In this document: positions 1 to 14,169 of the stretch, piece after piece
Numbering within the stretch: position 1 is the stretch's first letter
Layout of the letters: each line of letters starts with the position of its first letter
NCBI RefSeq assembly: GCF_036321535.1
Contig: NC_087436.1
Span: 111,230,001 to 111,294,000 of the forward strand
Length of the DNA stretch: 64,000 nucleotides
Source: Camelus dromedarius
Lineage: Eukaryota
Reading direction: 5' to 3'
The notes under the pieces: generated by a model
What the model saw: only the letters and a program-made list of their open reading frames with translations
Told to the model about the DNA's origin: nothing
The model's database searches: none
Position numbers and translations under genes: made by a program

Positions 1-333
1 AACAGGATTTTAAGGAATGATGTTGAAAAATATGACTACCAGTGGTAAAGTTCCTACACTCATATTGCCCACAAGCTGTTTCCAGAACAACCCGTGGGGC
101 TCATGGTGATCATATTAATATTTAATATAATCTGGCTAAAATTTTGCCACAAAACATTTTATTCGAAAATGTCATGTTCCACGGTGTGATGTTGATATAC
201 TGTAATCTCAGTGCTAATGTTGCTGTTTGGGGGTTTTGGGTTTTATTTTCCTCCTATGGAGATGAGATGGAAAACCTATTACTAGGCTACCTGTAATGAA
301 ACCCTCATACTAGGTAATATATGTTAGGATTAC

Positions 334-380
334 AATAAAAGCTTAGTGCCAGTTTAAGCTGTGTGTTCATTTCTTGCATT
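334..380 (+). terminator. Candidate cleavage/polyadenylation site of an upstream gene (DCAF16 by synteny, unverified)
   Basis: AATAAA at 334-339, TGTA motifs upstream (~201, ~292) and a GT/T-rich element downstream (TGTGTGTTCATTTCTTG, ~360-376). The gene identity is inferred from mammalian gene order only. Confidence 0.4.
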
Positions 381-699
381 CTTCAGCTCAAAAAGGGATA
401 TTTGACATAAAACTTTAGTTTTAAAAATGAATTATGACATAGGTGCTGCACCGAAATGCAGAGCCATGAGAGCATATTTTAGGCACATGCAAGCTAGTCT
501 GAAAGATCAGGAGGAATAAGGCAAAGGAGTTAAGTGAAATAGTCAAGAGTGTGATCTTGTTTTTAGATGAATAGTAGAAGTATCTTAGTAATAACAGTAA
601 CAATAGAGTTGCCCATGCAACTTGACTGATTAGGAAAGAAAATTCCAAAGCAAAGGATAAAAGATTACCTTAGTAAATTTCTACTGAAGAAATCACCTA

Positions 700-1810
700 A
701 GGCAGCATTTGGATGATCAGTGTGGTAAAGATGAATTATTCAATACCTGTCGGGGCAACTGCTTAGCCATCTGGAAAAACATAAGCTTGGATTCCAACCT
801 CACTGCATATAGCAACATGAATCCCAGCTAGTTCAAAAACGTAAACATTTAAGAAAAATAAAACCATAAAAGTGCTAGGAGAAACTAATCTTGGACGGGG
901 AAGGCCTAGATTCTAAGCATAATGCAAAAGCCAGAAAGTGTAAGAGAAAAGATCAGTGGATTCAAAATATTTGTAGAGCATAAGAAAGCTAAAATAAATG
1001 ACTAACTGGGGGAAATATTTGTAATACGGATGATAAGCAAAGTGCTAAAAGCCCCTACAAAGAAAGATCTTGTAATAAGGGTTAAAAATGATTAAAGAAG
1101 ACAATTTAGGTGATACAAACAAACTTTAGTACTTTATGAAGTGGAGAGTCTCCATTCAGAGGCTGTAAAATGGGGTGAAAGACAGGAAGCTTTTATAGGA
1201 TAAAGAATAAAGAACAAGGAAGAGAAAATTAGAAAATATCTGATTGGCTGATGCCACCTCACAACCTTGTTTGGAGTAAGAAGGAACAAGGAACTAAGTA
1301 TAGAGCTCAGAGTTGGCTTGGCATTTGGGGATTGGCTGACTGGATATCCTGTATTTCTGATCACACAGAGCATTTACAGGGACACAAAAGTTACCTCAGT
1401 CTTGGTTTGCTGATGTGGCATCCTGCATAGTAATGGCTTCATCTTGGGCCTAAAAGATTATTTTAACATAAGGAAGAAAGCCAGGCAAAAACAATGCACA
1501 AAAGGTTTAATTCCACTGACTGATCAACTTGTGGAAAGGTGTTTCAACAGCAATCGAACAAATGGTGTAAGGGAGACACTCTTCACCTTTTAAATTGGAA
1601 GATATTTCAAGATCCACAGCAGCTTTTTTGGCAAGGGTATGGGAAGACATGCATTTTTATGCACTATTAATGATTATAAGTTGAAATAACTTCTGCAGAA
1701 CAGTATAGAAAAATATATCCACATTTAAAATTTGCTTACTCTTTGAAACTGGCTTATTCTAGGATTTATTCCTATGGAAATACTTGCACATCTGTGCAAA
1801 GATATATGTA
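700..1810 (+). mobile_element. Old L1 (L1M-type) 3' ORF2/UTR fragment, interrupted by an LTR
   Basis: Degenerate L1-like tracts (TTAGCCATCTGGAAAAA...GGATTCCAACCTCAC; CTAGGATTTATTCCTATGGAAATACTTGCACA) on both sides of the 1080-1468 insert. Ends approximate. Confidence 0.55.
1080..1468 (-). mobile_element. Solo LTR, ERV1-like
   Basis: 389 bp with inverted termini GGTTAAAA...TTTTAACA and a 4-bp TSD TAAG (1076-1079 and 1469-1472). The minus strand begins TGTTAAAATAATCTTTTAGGCCCAAGATG. Confidence 0.7.
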
Positions 1811-2694
1811 TGATGTCTTGAAGGAAGTTACCTTGATGCAATGGTCACCTCCAAATATACTACCAGGCAGGCTATCCCAAATGTCATGGACAGGAAACTT
1901 CACAGCCCAAATTTAAATGCTCATATCACAAGGTTTATTGAATCACTTTTAAATAAAAGTCTGTCGGAAGGTATAGTGAAGGTTAAGACACTTAGGATAG
2001 GGTACTGGGGAGGTGGGAGGACCACATTACCTGGGTCTTATAGTATGCAGTGTTGTTATGTCCTGTCTGCTGCACCAGCCTTCACTTCTGAAAATGTGGT
2101 CGTGAGAACCACAGTTGAAATTGAAAATGGAGGTTCAGCAGATGGGGGGAGCCTAGAGTCAATAGGTGCTTGCTCTGTTAGAAGTGTTCAGGGGCAGGTA
2201 TGCCTGGGTAGCAGCCTGCTGAAAGTCATATGTTTTTCATCTGTGTTTCTGGGGCAGAACGTACACGGGGCCCAAATGAGTGCCAACAATGAATGGCATT
2301 TTAGGGATGATACGGCTGTCAGCCTGAAGGTGGCATCATCTTTACCTTACAATTTGGCCTTTCCATCTTTTCCCACCTGTTAGTAACACTCTTGTTTGTT
2401 TCCTTCTTTTTACATATATTCCATTCTATCTGTATCGTGTCTTACAGTATGCTCTCTGTACTTAACACATTTTAAGGGTTCTATCCAACATGAATTTCAT
2501 ATATCCTTTTTGTTTTTCTTGTCCTTTAGAAAAGAACTGAATATTCTCATGATACAGCAAATATACATTATAAACATGTGAAACATTTTGCTTAAAACAT
2601 AAGAAAAATAAAAGAATTGTTCAATAAGAGATAGGGTAAATATGTTGTATATAATGCAATAATGGCTATTAAAGATGGGAGTATAGGTCTTTAA

Positions 2695-2780
2695 TATATG
2701 TTTGTATGTGCACGACTGGGACATTGTGCTATAAGAAATTGACACATTGTAACTGACTGTACTTCAGTTTGAAAAAAAAA
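2695..2780 (+). mobile_element. Short L1 3'-terminal fragment with A tail
   Basis: GACTGGGACATT...AGAAATTGACACATTGTAACTGACTGTACTTCAG plus an A-run. The same sequence occurs reverse-complemented at ~43745-43815. Confidence 0.7.
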
Positions 2781-4849
2781 GAGCTGTAAAGAATGAGATA
2801 AATAGTTCCAGCATCAGCATCAACTATTTAAAAAAGCTTATAGGTTTATGATAGAAAAAAAAAAGAAACCAATTGATTCTGGTTTTTAAAAGTTTCAGAT
2901 CACCAGCATTGTTCTTTGTGCTGTGGAAATAATAGCCCTTAAAGTCAGATAGACCCAGCGCCATTATATTTATACCAGCTGTATAAAATTGAGTACTTAG
3001 CATCCATTCACACCAATTTTCTAGCCTGTAGAATGAGGATAGTAAGTGTGTTTGTCGGGGGTAAAAACACGTGCAAAGGGCATAGCACAATGCCAAGATA
3101 ACTTTAGTGGGCTAACAAATACTCTTCAGCCCTGTGTTAGACGGTGCTTAATCTTCTTCTGCCCTCTATTTCATTCCTAACAGTGTGAAAGGTCACAGTG
3201 CCAGAAAACCCCAGCAACTGCAGAGGACTCCTTCCAAGACAGGCCAGCTTGTGGTACCTTGATTACAGTAGCTACATTGCAACAAAGCCTGATAAGGGAA
3301 TCTGCTTTCCCCACTGTCTTCCATTATAAAGTTGAAAGTTTCAGATATCCCACTGGAAAATATTTTCGCCCCCAGACTCAATAAGATCATAATTGAATAA
3401 CTAAGAGTTGGGGTCAGATGGCAATATTACTGAACTTTAGTGTGTATAAGACCAGCAAGAGCAGCAGTTCTCCATCCTGTTCACGTTCAATATCATCTTT
3501 TCTATAACATTCATGTTACTATCTGAAAATTCACACAGTTTCTTAAATTAGTAAATGCATTTTGAAGATCAGTATAATTTCTTGACAGTAATATAAAGAG
3601 GAAATAAAAGGAAAGCAATTATAATTAAATCATATGTTTCAACACGGGATGCTCTGGTTTGATTATCTTTACGACATAATGTAGCACTCAGAAGCTTACA
3701 TGGCAGACTCACCGTGAACATGGAGTTACAAGTGTGTTGTGTCAGGAACCAAATACTGTGAGCCACAAGGCCGTGATGATGTGATTTTCCACAATGGTGA
3801 ACAATTTTTTTTAAAGTTCTGAACCAAAAAGGCTAATTTTCCTCTAGTTTACACAGTGGTTGAATTCCTGTAAAATTTAGTATGACCCTGCAGAAAATAC
3901 TTTAAATATGCGATTTGGAATTAAATAGGAAGATCCTTTAAAATGTGGGTTCTAGATCCTCAACTCCAGAGATGTTGACTCAGGGAATCTAGGATAGAAC
4001 CAAGAGTCTACATCAACCTCCTGGCAGTGCCTTCTGATTCAGGCATTCTGTTTTCTAACTGAGTTGAAGGAGGGGGTGGTTGTCCTGGAGAGGTAACCTA
4101 AGAGGATAAAGTAGGAACAAAAACCCAGGTTGGCCATGCCTAAATAGTGTAATGTACTGGGGCAAAAGTAAGGAAGTTAGAATAGGAATATCTCAGTTTC
4201 AGACACAACTCTGCTACTTTTAATTGCCTTACTTGGTACAACTTTTCTGTGTCTATTTCCTCATCTGTAAAAATGGGAATTATTACCTGCAGGATTGAGG
4301 GATGGGACTGTGGTTTCTGAGACCCTTTGAAGTTTGCTTATTTTATTTATCAAGATTATTAAAACTCTTGATATAAAGCAGTTTGTAATATGGAATATAT
4401 TAACCATGCAAATGGCTTATAATTTTGACGCTATTATTCACACTTAAGGAAATTCTGATCAGGGTGTTGTCACTTTCCCCAAAGTCCACTGTTTGAACCC
4501 AGAGGAAGCAAGCCACAAAGAAATTTGGCCCGCTAACCCCTCGACTCGCCAAACAAACTAAAAAAGACACCAGCTCGTAACCCAGACTCGACAGGATTCT
4601 GGCTCCAGTCGGCCGGTGGCCTAGTGTGTGGATGAGTCACTTCACTTTCACTGGGATCGGTTTACCTAGCCTTTCAGTTCCATCTATTACTCAGTTACTC
4701 CTCCATTCCTCTTGGCTTCCTCTTTTCCCACAACTGCCACCATCCTCTCTACCCGTTTGACCTTTTCTCTGCAGAAAATACTCTAAATATGCGAGTATTC
4801 CCACGCTACACATTCCCTCACACACATTCTGCTCTTTCTCGTCCCTGAT

Positions 4850-6000
<1,151 letters not shown>

Positions 6001-7659
6001 CCTTCTGGAGGCACCACCGTGAGGCAGCTGAGAGAGAATTCTTGCCAAGGAAACTCCTACAGCTTGCAAGCTGAGCAGGAGGTCTGTACTTCCAAGATGC
6101 GAATGTGAATCGAGTTGAATCAGTGCTGGAGTGGGGGGGTGGGGTGTTTTTCTTTGCCGGCTCTGTTCAAGTGATCGTGCCTGGAATGTTGTGATTTCAT
6201 TCATCGCCGTACTTTACAGGCGGGGAGGAGGTCATGTGGGCTATTTAAACACTTGATACACTTAATCCTTCATTCAATAAATATTTGAGTCATTTGTTGA
6301 GTACCAGCAGCTTGCGTGGCGCCGTACTCAACCTGGAAGGCAGCCCAGGGGACTTACTATCAAATTGGGTTTAGACGTGTGCGGGAGCGAGCATAAATGA
6401 GGAAGTGAACGATTCACCATTTAATTACGGGATTACAAAGGACCTTGGGGGGGGAGGGTCAGCCAGCCCCTCGCCCTACCTCATCCCAGGGCCCTGACTG
6501 AACCTCGGGGACTGTGTTGTCCTCCTTCTGAAGACCAACAGGAAGATACCACCCTGCCCTTTGTTAACTCCTACCATCTCCCGAAGCCTGCCAATTAGGA
6601 GCTTCTTGTGGTGGGTTCCCCTCTTGTGCCTTGTGTGTAGATGGAAAACAACGTCCCTCTCTGTCTTCTATACTCGGTCCCGGGTGTCTGGATTTAGCTC
6701 TTTGCCTTGGGGTTTCCTGCGGATCTCATAATAAACTCCTGCTAGAATGCCTGCTAGTGGAAGGTCGGGTCCAGGTTCTGTTATGGGACTTGCTCTCTTT
6801 CCTCTCTCCCTCCCACTTCCCCACACCCACATTTTTATGGGATTACAGGCATTTTCCTTCCTGACTGTTTTGCCAGAAGGAAGAGAGCACAGAGGCTTGG
6901 AATTGGACACTAGCGGCCTTCCCCCACCCCTCCCATTCACTTCTCCACATTTTTTGCATATGAACCTTTATCCTAACAGCCATCTCTTTAGTCAAGGGTG
7001 GAAAAAGAGAAATGAAGATACTCCTTGGAGGCCTTGGCATGTGCTGCTGGCACCGCTGATCTAGCCTACATTCATCTGAATGGTGATATTGACTCCAAAA
7101 AAGTATTGATTTGCAGTGCTGGGCACAGTATAAGGCATCCTCTCTGTTTTCAAAGAACCTAAAATATTTTTGGAGAAACAAGGTTGGAGAGAAAACTCAA
7201 AGTCCCTGCTATATAATCAGTCAAATTGGGTATTTCAATTTGAGAGTACTGTAAAAGTAGAAACAAACAATAAACCATTATGAGTAAGAACAGTTAGGAG
7301 AGATTTTTATGAAAGAGATGAACCTTGAACTCAGTTTGAATTTATGGAGTCCCTACTGTGTGCCCGGCACTGTGCTCAATATTGAGGGCATGAAACTGAG
7401 TAAGACAGGGCCCCCTGCCCTTGTGATATGACAAATGCATCAACAGATCATTTTAATGTAATGTGGTAATGTTCATCATTCTGCCCATTAATATTTATGG
7501 CACACTGTGTGCCAAGCACTGAAGATATGGCAGTGAAGAAAGCAGCCACGATCCCTAGCACATAGTAGGTAGTGAGTGTTTCTCAAAGTATATTCTGCAC
7601 TAGAAATCACGCTTGCTTCTTATTATGTAGTGACTCTCTTTACCATTTTTCATGCTCAT

Positions 7660-8900
7660 TGCTTAAATTAGACATTTTTAATATTGATATTAATATGCCT
7701 CCTTTCTTTTGGCTACTGTTTGTATGTCCTATTTTTCATCTCTTTATGTATCCTTAATCATTCTATAAGCTTTATTTTAGTTGTATCTCTGATAGGTAAA
7801 CTTAACCCATGTGCATTTATTGTGATTACTAATATATTGGGGCTTATTCTTCTGTAATATTTTGTGCTTTTCATTTTCTATCATTTTTTATTCTTCCTTT
7901 TTCTCCATCCCTGCCTCCTCTTGGATTAGTTAACTGATATACATTTCCTCCTTTTCCACTGCTGGTTTGAGGGCTTCAGGCATTATTCCTTTCCTTCTCA
8001 GAATGGTCTTTTATGTTTCCACATACATATTTAACCATAATTTTTCTAACAAAATCATCATGGAATTCTTTCTTCCTACAAAAGAGCTCTGCGTACTCTC
8101 CCCATGTAACAGCCCTCCCCTTTCCCATCTTGTCATTGTCGTCTTGCTTTTTACTTTCTTACATTTAAAAATCGTTTTTATAGTCGCATTAATTAAATGT
8201 ACTAACGTTTCACCAATTCTACTTGCTACTTTTTTTCTTGAATCTAAAGTCTTTTGGGGTTCACTTTTGTCCTAGTTGAAGTTCATCCTTTAATAGTTCT
8301 TTCTGTAGTGGTCTTGCTGGGGGAAAGACTTCTTTGTATGTTTGAAAATGTCTTTATTTTGCTCTCATCGTTGGATGGTCACTTATTTGGATAGAATGTT
8401 CTGGTGAACAGTTCTTTTCCCATAGCACAATGATGATAGGGCCTTACTATCTTCTGGTAGTAATTGCTGCTGGTAAAAATCCTACTGCCAATCAAATTTT
8501 CATTCCTTTGTAGGTAACCTGCCTTTTCTCTTGATCACATTTAAGATCTGTGTGTGTTTATTTTGGTGTTTAGCAGTTTCACTAGAACTCTCTAGTTATG
8601 AGTGTACTTTCTATTGAAGATGCTGTGCTCTCTTTAATTCTGGAAAATTATTGCTTTCTCTTCAAATATTGTTTCTCTGCCATTGCCTCCATTCACTTTT
8701 CTGGATGAAGCCTCTCCATCCATATTCTGAAATGGTATTAAATTTTTTTTGTCTCTGTTGTATCCTGGTGAAATCCTTAATCCTGTCTTCCTATTTGCCA
8801 ATCCTCTAAATAATTTGTCCAGTCCAGAGCCTTTTGCACCTGTTTAGTTTTAGAACTACCTTTTTGATTTCTACGATTGCTGTTCTTATTTCCTTTCTGT
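7660..8900 (-). mobile_element. Old degenerate L1 (L1ME-like)
   Basis: T-rich antisense L1-type text, e.g. GAAAATGTCTTTATTTTGCTCTCA...GATAGAAT and TTCCTTTGTAGGTAACCTGCCTTTTCTCT. Ends approximate. Confidence 0.6.
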
Positions 8901-8924
8901 CTGATTTTGATCATGTCTTAATTT

Positions 8925-9550
8925 TTATAGTTGTCTTGAAATATAATTTACATAGTATAAAATTCATCTAAGTGTACATACAATTCTACATTTTTTAGTA
9001 ACTTTACAGATTTGTTGCACCATAACCATAATCAGTTTTAGGACATTTCTGTCACCATCCTTTGTATCCATTTATAGTCAGTCCCTGTTCCCACGCTAAT
9101 GCCAGGCAACCATTAATCTACTTTCTGTCTCTATAAAGTTGTCTTTTCCAGACATTTCATATCAGTGAAATGATACAACATGTGGTATTTCCATCTGGCT
9201 TTTTTCACTTAGTTGCTAAATCTTAGCATAATGTTTTTGAGGTTCATCAATTGTTGGAGCATATACCATTCATTCACTCCCTTTTATTACTCAGAGTACC
9301 CCATTGTGCAGCTATGCCATTTTCTGATTATCCATTCACCAGTTAATAGGCATTTGGATTGTTTCCACTTTGGGACTCTTATGAGTAATGCTGCTATGAA
9401 TATTACATTCATGCACACAAATTTTTGTTACTCTTGAAAAAAATACCTATGGAATGGAATTGTTGGGTTGTATGGTAAGTTTATGTTTGACTTTTTAAGA
9501 AACTACCAAACTATTTTCCAAAAATGGCTGTACCATCTTGCATTTTCCAG
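8925..9550 (-). mobile_element. L1MB/L1MC-type 3' end
   Basis: CCAGGCAACCATTAATCTACTTTCTGTCTCTATA, CATTTGGATTGTTTCCACTTTGGG and GAAACTACCAAACTATTTTCCAAA are typical antisense L1 3' UTR motifs. Confidence 0.8.
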
Positions 9551-10045
9551 CCTACTTTTCCGGGAAGATCTAGTACAACCCCATGCACCCAGTTCTCAAA
9601 TCCTTTGTGACGTGCAGTCCTTTCCTTGCCTTGCTATGCACTCATATTCATATTTTTGCTCTTGTGAAATGTCTTTATCTCTAAAAATTGAATCCTACTT
9701 GTCTTTTAAGTCTCACTTCCCCCAAGAAAAACCTCACTCTTGTAATTAATCATGTATTCATTAATTATTAATCATGTGTGCATTATGTTTTTCTTATTAA
9801 TCTGTTTTTATAGAAGTTCATACAATGCCTGGCACATAGTAGACCTTCAGTAGGCTTGTTAAATTTAATTAAAGTTTCCTCCTAAAGATTTGGTTTATAT
9901 TTCATTTATCATACTTATCCATCTGATACTACAGTTTGTTTGTATATAGTATGTCCCGTAAAGTAATAAGCTTCTTCATTTATTCACAATCGTTTGCACC
10001 TGGTAAACACTCACGAAGAGTTGATGTAGTAAATATTGACTTACA

Positions 10046-10677
10046 CAGTGGTCCCAAATCCAAGAGGCACATTAAAATCACCTGGAGAGCTTTTATGACC
10101 ACACCAGTGAGAAGACAGCTAAATGCAGTGCCTGATCCTAGCCTGGATTCTATCCCGGACGGAAACATGCTACAAGGAGATGGTTGGGTCAGTTGACAAA
10201 CTGAATAGATGACAGAGAAAATAAAAGTATTTGTATCAATGTTAGATTTACTGGGGTTGACATGTATCCTGTGGCTATGTGGGCAAATACTCTCATTTTG
10301 AGGAAATGTACCTCTAACTGTGTCTTACTTTTAAGGAAGTGAATGTGATGTCCTATTCTCAAGAGAATTTTACCTTTTAAATAAAATAGAGGAAAGGGAA
10401 AATAGAAACAGAGCAAAGGATAAAACAAATGGAACAAACTGTTAAGACTAAGTGAACCTGAGTAAGGAGTATGTGATGCTCTTTGAACTGTTCTTTTGCT
10501 GGCAGTTTTTTTCCCTGTGTCTGAAATTATTTCTAAAGAAAAGTTAAAAACAAACAAACAAAAAGCATACAAGTCCCTGGTGGTCATCTTAGAAGGAGGG
10601 GAGAGAAGTGACAGGCACTGCTATTTTCTCAAAGCCCCCCAAGAGCGCTAGCATTCACACAGGGTTGAGAACCACCG
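10046..10677 (+). mobile_element. MER5A-like hAT element split by an L1MC-type 3' fragment (~10100-10565)
   Basis: Ends CAGTGGTCCCAAA and TTGAGAACCACCG resemble MER5A TIRs. The inner segment ends in an L1-like tail (TCTGAAATTATTTCTAAAGAAAAGTTAAAAACAAACAAACAAAA). Confidence 0.6.
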
Positions 10678-12420
10678 GTTTTGAACAACTAAATATTAAA
10701 CAAACAAACAAACAAAACAACTAAAGGTTTGAACAGTAGAGTGGGCACAGAGGGGTTAATTGGGAGAACAGGAGGTTCCAAATCCTTTAAAACCTGTGGG
10801 ATGCTTTGGTCTTGAAAGCATCAGGCAGTGTGCTCAGCCCTGTCCCCAGGCTGGTCCAGCCAGTCTCTATTTTGCACCTTCCCAGAAGTCTCCAGCCGAT
10901 TTTTCCTTTTGTAGCTCTCTCCACATCCTCATGCCCAGAAAAGTTGGCATCCCTTATACCCAGAGATTCCCCAGTTCCAACTTTTGAAGAGGGATAGAGT
11001 GTCTGCTACCAAATACAAGTTTTAGCAAAAGACCCTTTCATATTAGAACATGAAAATGAGAGGGAAGGCACGCATTCCCGCTTCATGAACCATCCCTCTA
11101 ACTGAAGGCTGACTCTCGGGAACCCAGCCCACAAGGATGACAACAATACACCTGTGGGACCACCTCTCATCTGGAGCATTTAGAGGAAAAGTACCCAAGA
11201 GGCCATGAGCAGTCTTCTTAGTGACAGAAGCTGCCAAGCTAGAAGTATAAGGAGTAAGACAACCCAGAGGGACCCTCTCAGTCACCCTTCTGAGATGATG
11301 TCTGCCAGGATCTAGGAAGACCCTATAAGGGCTACAGAGGAATGAAGTGACTGCAGCTTCTGTACATTCGTGGCTCCATGTGATTCCCCAGTGTCTGTGT
11401 TCCTTGCAAAGACTTTGACGTACTTCCTTATCCTCTGTGTGCCCAGCAGTTCTGCGTGGCACGGAGAGGAACACCACCTCCAGTTGAGAGAAGAAAAATC
11501 CAAGACCCAGGAAAGGGTCAACATTCTTGCCTGACATCACATTAGGATGTAGTGACAGAACCAGGACCTCCAGAACCCGGTGTGAAGGGTGTGTGCCACT
11601 GATGCGTCTTCCCTGGTCATCCCTGTGTTTCCGTAACCTCCCTCAGCCATCTTTAGTACACTTCCCCAGGTGAGGGGAAACGTGGATGTAATTGGTGAGG
11701 CTGAGGGCAGGAGCAGGGTCTGCATGATTCTTTCCTCTTTCTCCCTCCTTTCTCATGGAGTGACCTGCCCATAGAAGCACACACCCTACCCTGCGGCCAT
11801 GCCATCGATTGTGCAGGGGGAGGCGCAGACCTGGGGAGAACTGCCTGGGCCCAGCGTTGTGACTGGGTGGGTAAATATCAAGAGTCCAGCGTGACAATGG
11901 ACGTAAGCCGCAGTCTCTAGTATGAATCTTACCAGTCATGTGATATTTTGGCTTTATGCATTGGTCTTGTATTTTAGTTAGTTCAGTGGGGAAGAAGGAT
12001 TTTGTTTATTGGACTTTCCTGAAGACCCAACACACAGATTTTAGGATGAGTTCCATTTTGAGGAATTTGGTAAAGTGTTGTAGTAAAAAATGAATTCTGT
12101 CCTTTGGGAAAGCATTTTAACCTGACAGTGGGGACCTCTGAGTGGTGGTGTGGTATCGATCTGTAGATCCTTCCTTCCTCCTGTTGGAAATTCTGGAGGT
12201 CAGAGACACCACTTCCAGAATAGTAGCACAGTCAGACCAAGGGAGCTGTGTCTCCCTGTGTCCCAGAACCTTACCAAGGTCTGTGAAGATACATTAGTGG
12301 AGACAGTCATATTGGATGTGTGGGGAGACAGCGGATTGTGTAGGGAGGGAACAGGGATGGTGCTGTTATGGAGATTAGGCCCTGAGTAGAAAATCAGAAA
12401 TATTAAGGAAAAAGAATTAT

Positions 12421-12560
12421 GGGGAGAATGGTATAGCTCAAGTGGTAGAGCATGTGCTTAGCATGCACGAGGTCCTGGGTTCAATCCCCAGTACCCCTAA
12501 AAAAAATAATAAATAAACCTAATGACCCCCAAAAATATATAAATTAAAGAAGATTCGAAA
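12421..12560 (+). mobile_element. tRNA-derived SINE (camelid Vic-1-like), copy 1
   Basis: A box TAGCTCAAGTGG, B box GGTTCAATCCC, A-rich tail, and a perfect 12-bp TSD AAAAAGAATTAT (12409-12420 and 12561-12572). Confidence 0.92.
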
Positions 12561-13544
12561 AAAAAGAATTATAATTTCTACTCCAAGTTATCTTTTAAAT
12601 GAATTTAAGATCTATTTCTAAACAGACACTTCTTACTCTTATTTATACTAATACGTGTAAATGAAAATTAAAAGAGAATAAACATGAGGCCACCTGGAGA
12701 GCGAACAGACAATTTGGGGGTTACCCTTGGCACGCTCTTCCTCCTGATCCCTGCCGGGCTCGTATCAGCTAAAATGCTGTCTCCTCAGAGAGACCTTTTC
12801 TGACTTTTCAGTCCAAAGGGGCCAATCTGCCTCGTCTGTAATGGAGGTAAGTTATTCTCTCTTCCCTGGTGATTTGCTGTGCGGGTTCACTGACTTAAGG
12901 AACGTAAGTGGAGCATCTCACCCCAGGGGGAGGGCATATCATAAGCTTGATAGAAGTTGGTTTCCCTTCCGTTCCGGAGCTAGAAGAATTGCAGAGAGAA
13001 CCGCCACCCAGTTGTCAAAACCAGCCGCTGGGAACAAAGCCAGCCCTTCTCTGGCCGGAGAGGCCGCGGCAGGGTTCCCGGGCAGTAGGAGGGATGCCTG
13101 CTGCCTCAGGAGTCCCCGGCTGCCGCTGGAGTCCTGTGTTTTTATGGCTTGAAGGTGCGAAAGTTTTATTGCAGCCCCTGACTCCCTTAGCTTCTCAGAA
13201 AATACCCTCCTGCTTGCAGGAGCTTGTGTGGGGACAGATGTTTAAACAGTTCCATACCAGTCTGCTTTAGGATTCTAGATCTGAAAACTGCAGATCTGTT
13301 TCAGCAAGCCCTCTCCATTGGAATCTTTTAATTTAACGATGTGATTCATGGTGTACTGACGACTGTCTCACAAAAATCTTTTTGCCTTAAAAGAGGATGA
13401 AGTACTCCTTAAATTGGGTGTCTTTGAACCCTACTAAGATGCCTCCACCTTTGCATAACCATTCTGGTCTCCGCACTTCCCCCCAAGCCTTGCTCCAGTC
13501 CTTTTCTCCGCGAAGCAGCCAGGGGGATGTTAAATTTGAATCAC

Positions 13545-13995
13545 ACCCTCCTCCACTGCTGGTGGGAACGTGCAGTGTTGCAGCTGCTTTGGAAAACAGT
13601 CTGGCAGGTCCTCAAACAGTTAAACAGAGAGTTATCCTAAGAGCCAGCAATTCCCATGCCTAGGTATATACCCAGGAGGAATTAACATGTACACAGTATT
13701 CAGAGCAACATTATTCATAATAGCAAAAAAGTGGAAATTAAACTAAATGTCCATCAACTGAAGAATGGGTAAATAAAACATGATACAAAGTACAAGGGTG
13801 GGTAGTGACTAAGGGTTGCAGGGTTTCTATTTAGAGTAATGAGAATATTCTTAAGTCCACTGTAGTGATAGTTACACAACTCTGAATATACTAAAAGCCA
13901 CTGAACTGTATACTTCAAATGGGTGAATTGTATGGTCTCAAGAATTCTATTTCAATGAATCTGTTAATGTTAAAACAAAGAAACAAAAGCAAATT
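13545..13995 (+). mobile_element. L1MB/MC-type 3' end
   Basis: GCTGCTTTGGAAAACAGTCTGGCAG, CAGCAATTCCC..CCTAGGTATATACCCA and AAATGTCCATCAACTGAAGAATGG. Confidence 0.8.
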
Positions 13996-14012
13996 GAATT
14001 TTCTCCTGTTTA

Positions 14013-14155
14013 TTTACTTATTTATTTTTGCAGGGGGAAGATAATTAGTTTCATTTATTTCGTTAGTTTTTCGATGGAGGTACTGGTGGCTGAACCGAGG
14101 ACCTTGTGCATGCTAAGCTTGCACTCTACCACTTGAGCTAAACCCTCCCCGTGGT
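14013..14155 (-). mobile_element. tRNA-derived SINE (Vic-1-like), copy 2
   Basis: Reverse complement of the copy 1 head, with a perfect 14-bp TSD TTTTCTCCTGTTTA (13999-14012 and 14156-14169). Confidence 0.92.
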
Positions 14156-14169
14156 TTTTCTCCTGTTTA

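Noticed and set aside
1841..2383. 180-aa ATG-initiated ORF, considered as DCAF16 or a retrogene
   Set aside because: It resembles no protein I recognise and lies among repeat remnants, possibly an antisense LTR. BLASTP would settle it.
3774..3822. C/D box snoRNA-like GTGATGA...CTGA
   Set aside because: Too short (~50 nt), with a weak terminal stem, and not in an evident intron.
12421..12495. tRNA gene-like sequences (also at 14080-14150, 15610-15680, 16130-16200, 32910-32985)
   Set aside because: They have A/B boxes but also A-rich tails, TSDs and mutual divergence, which marks them as SINEs, not tRNA genes.
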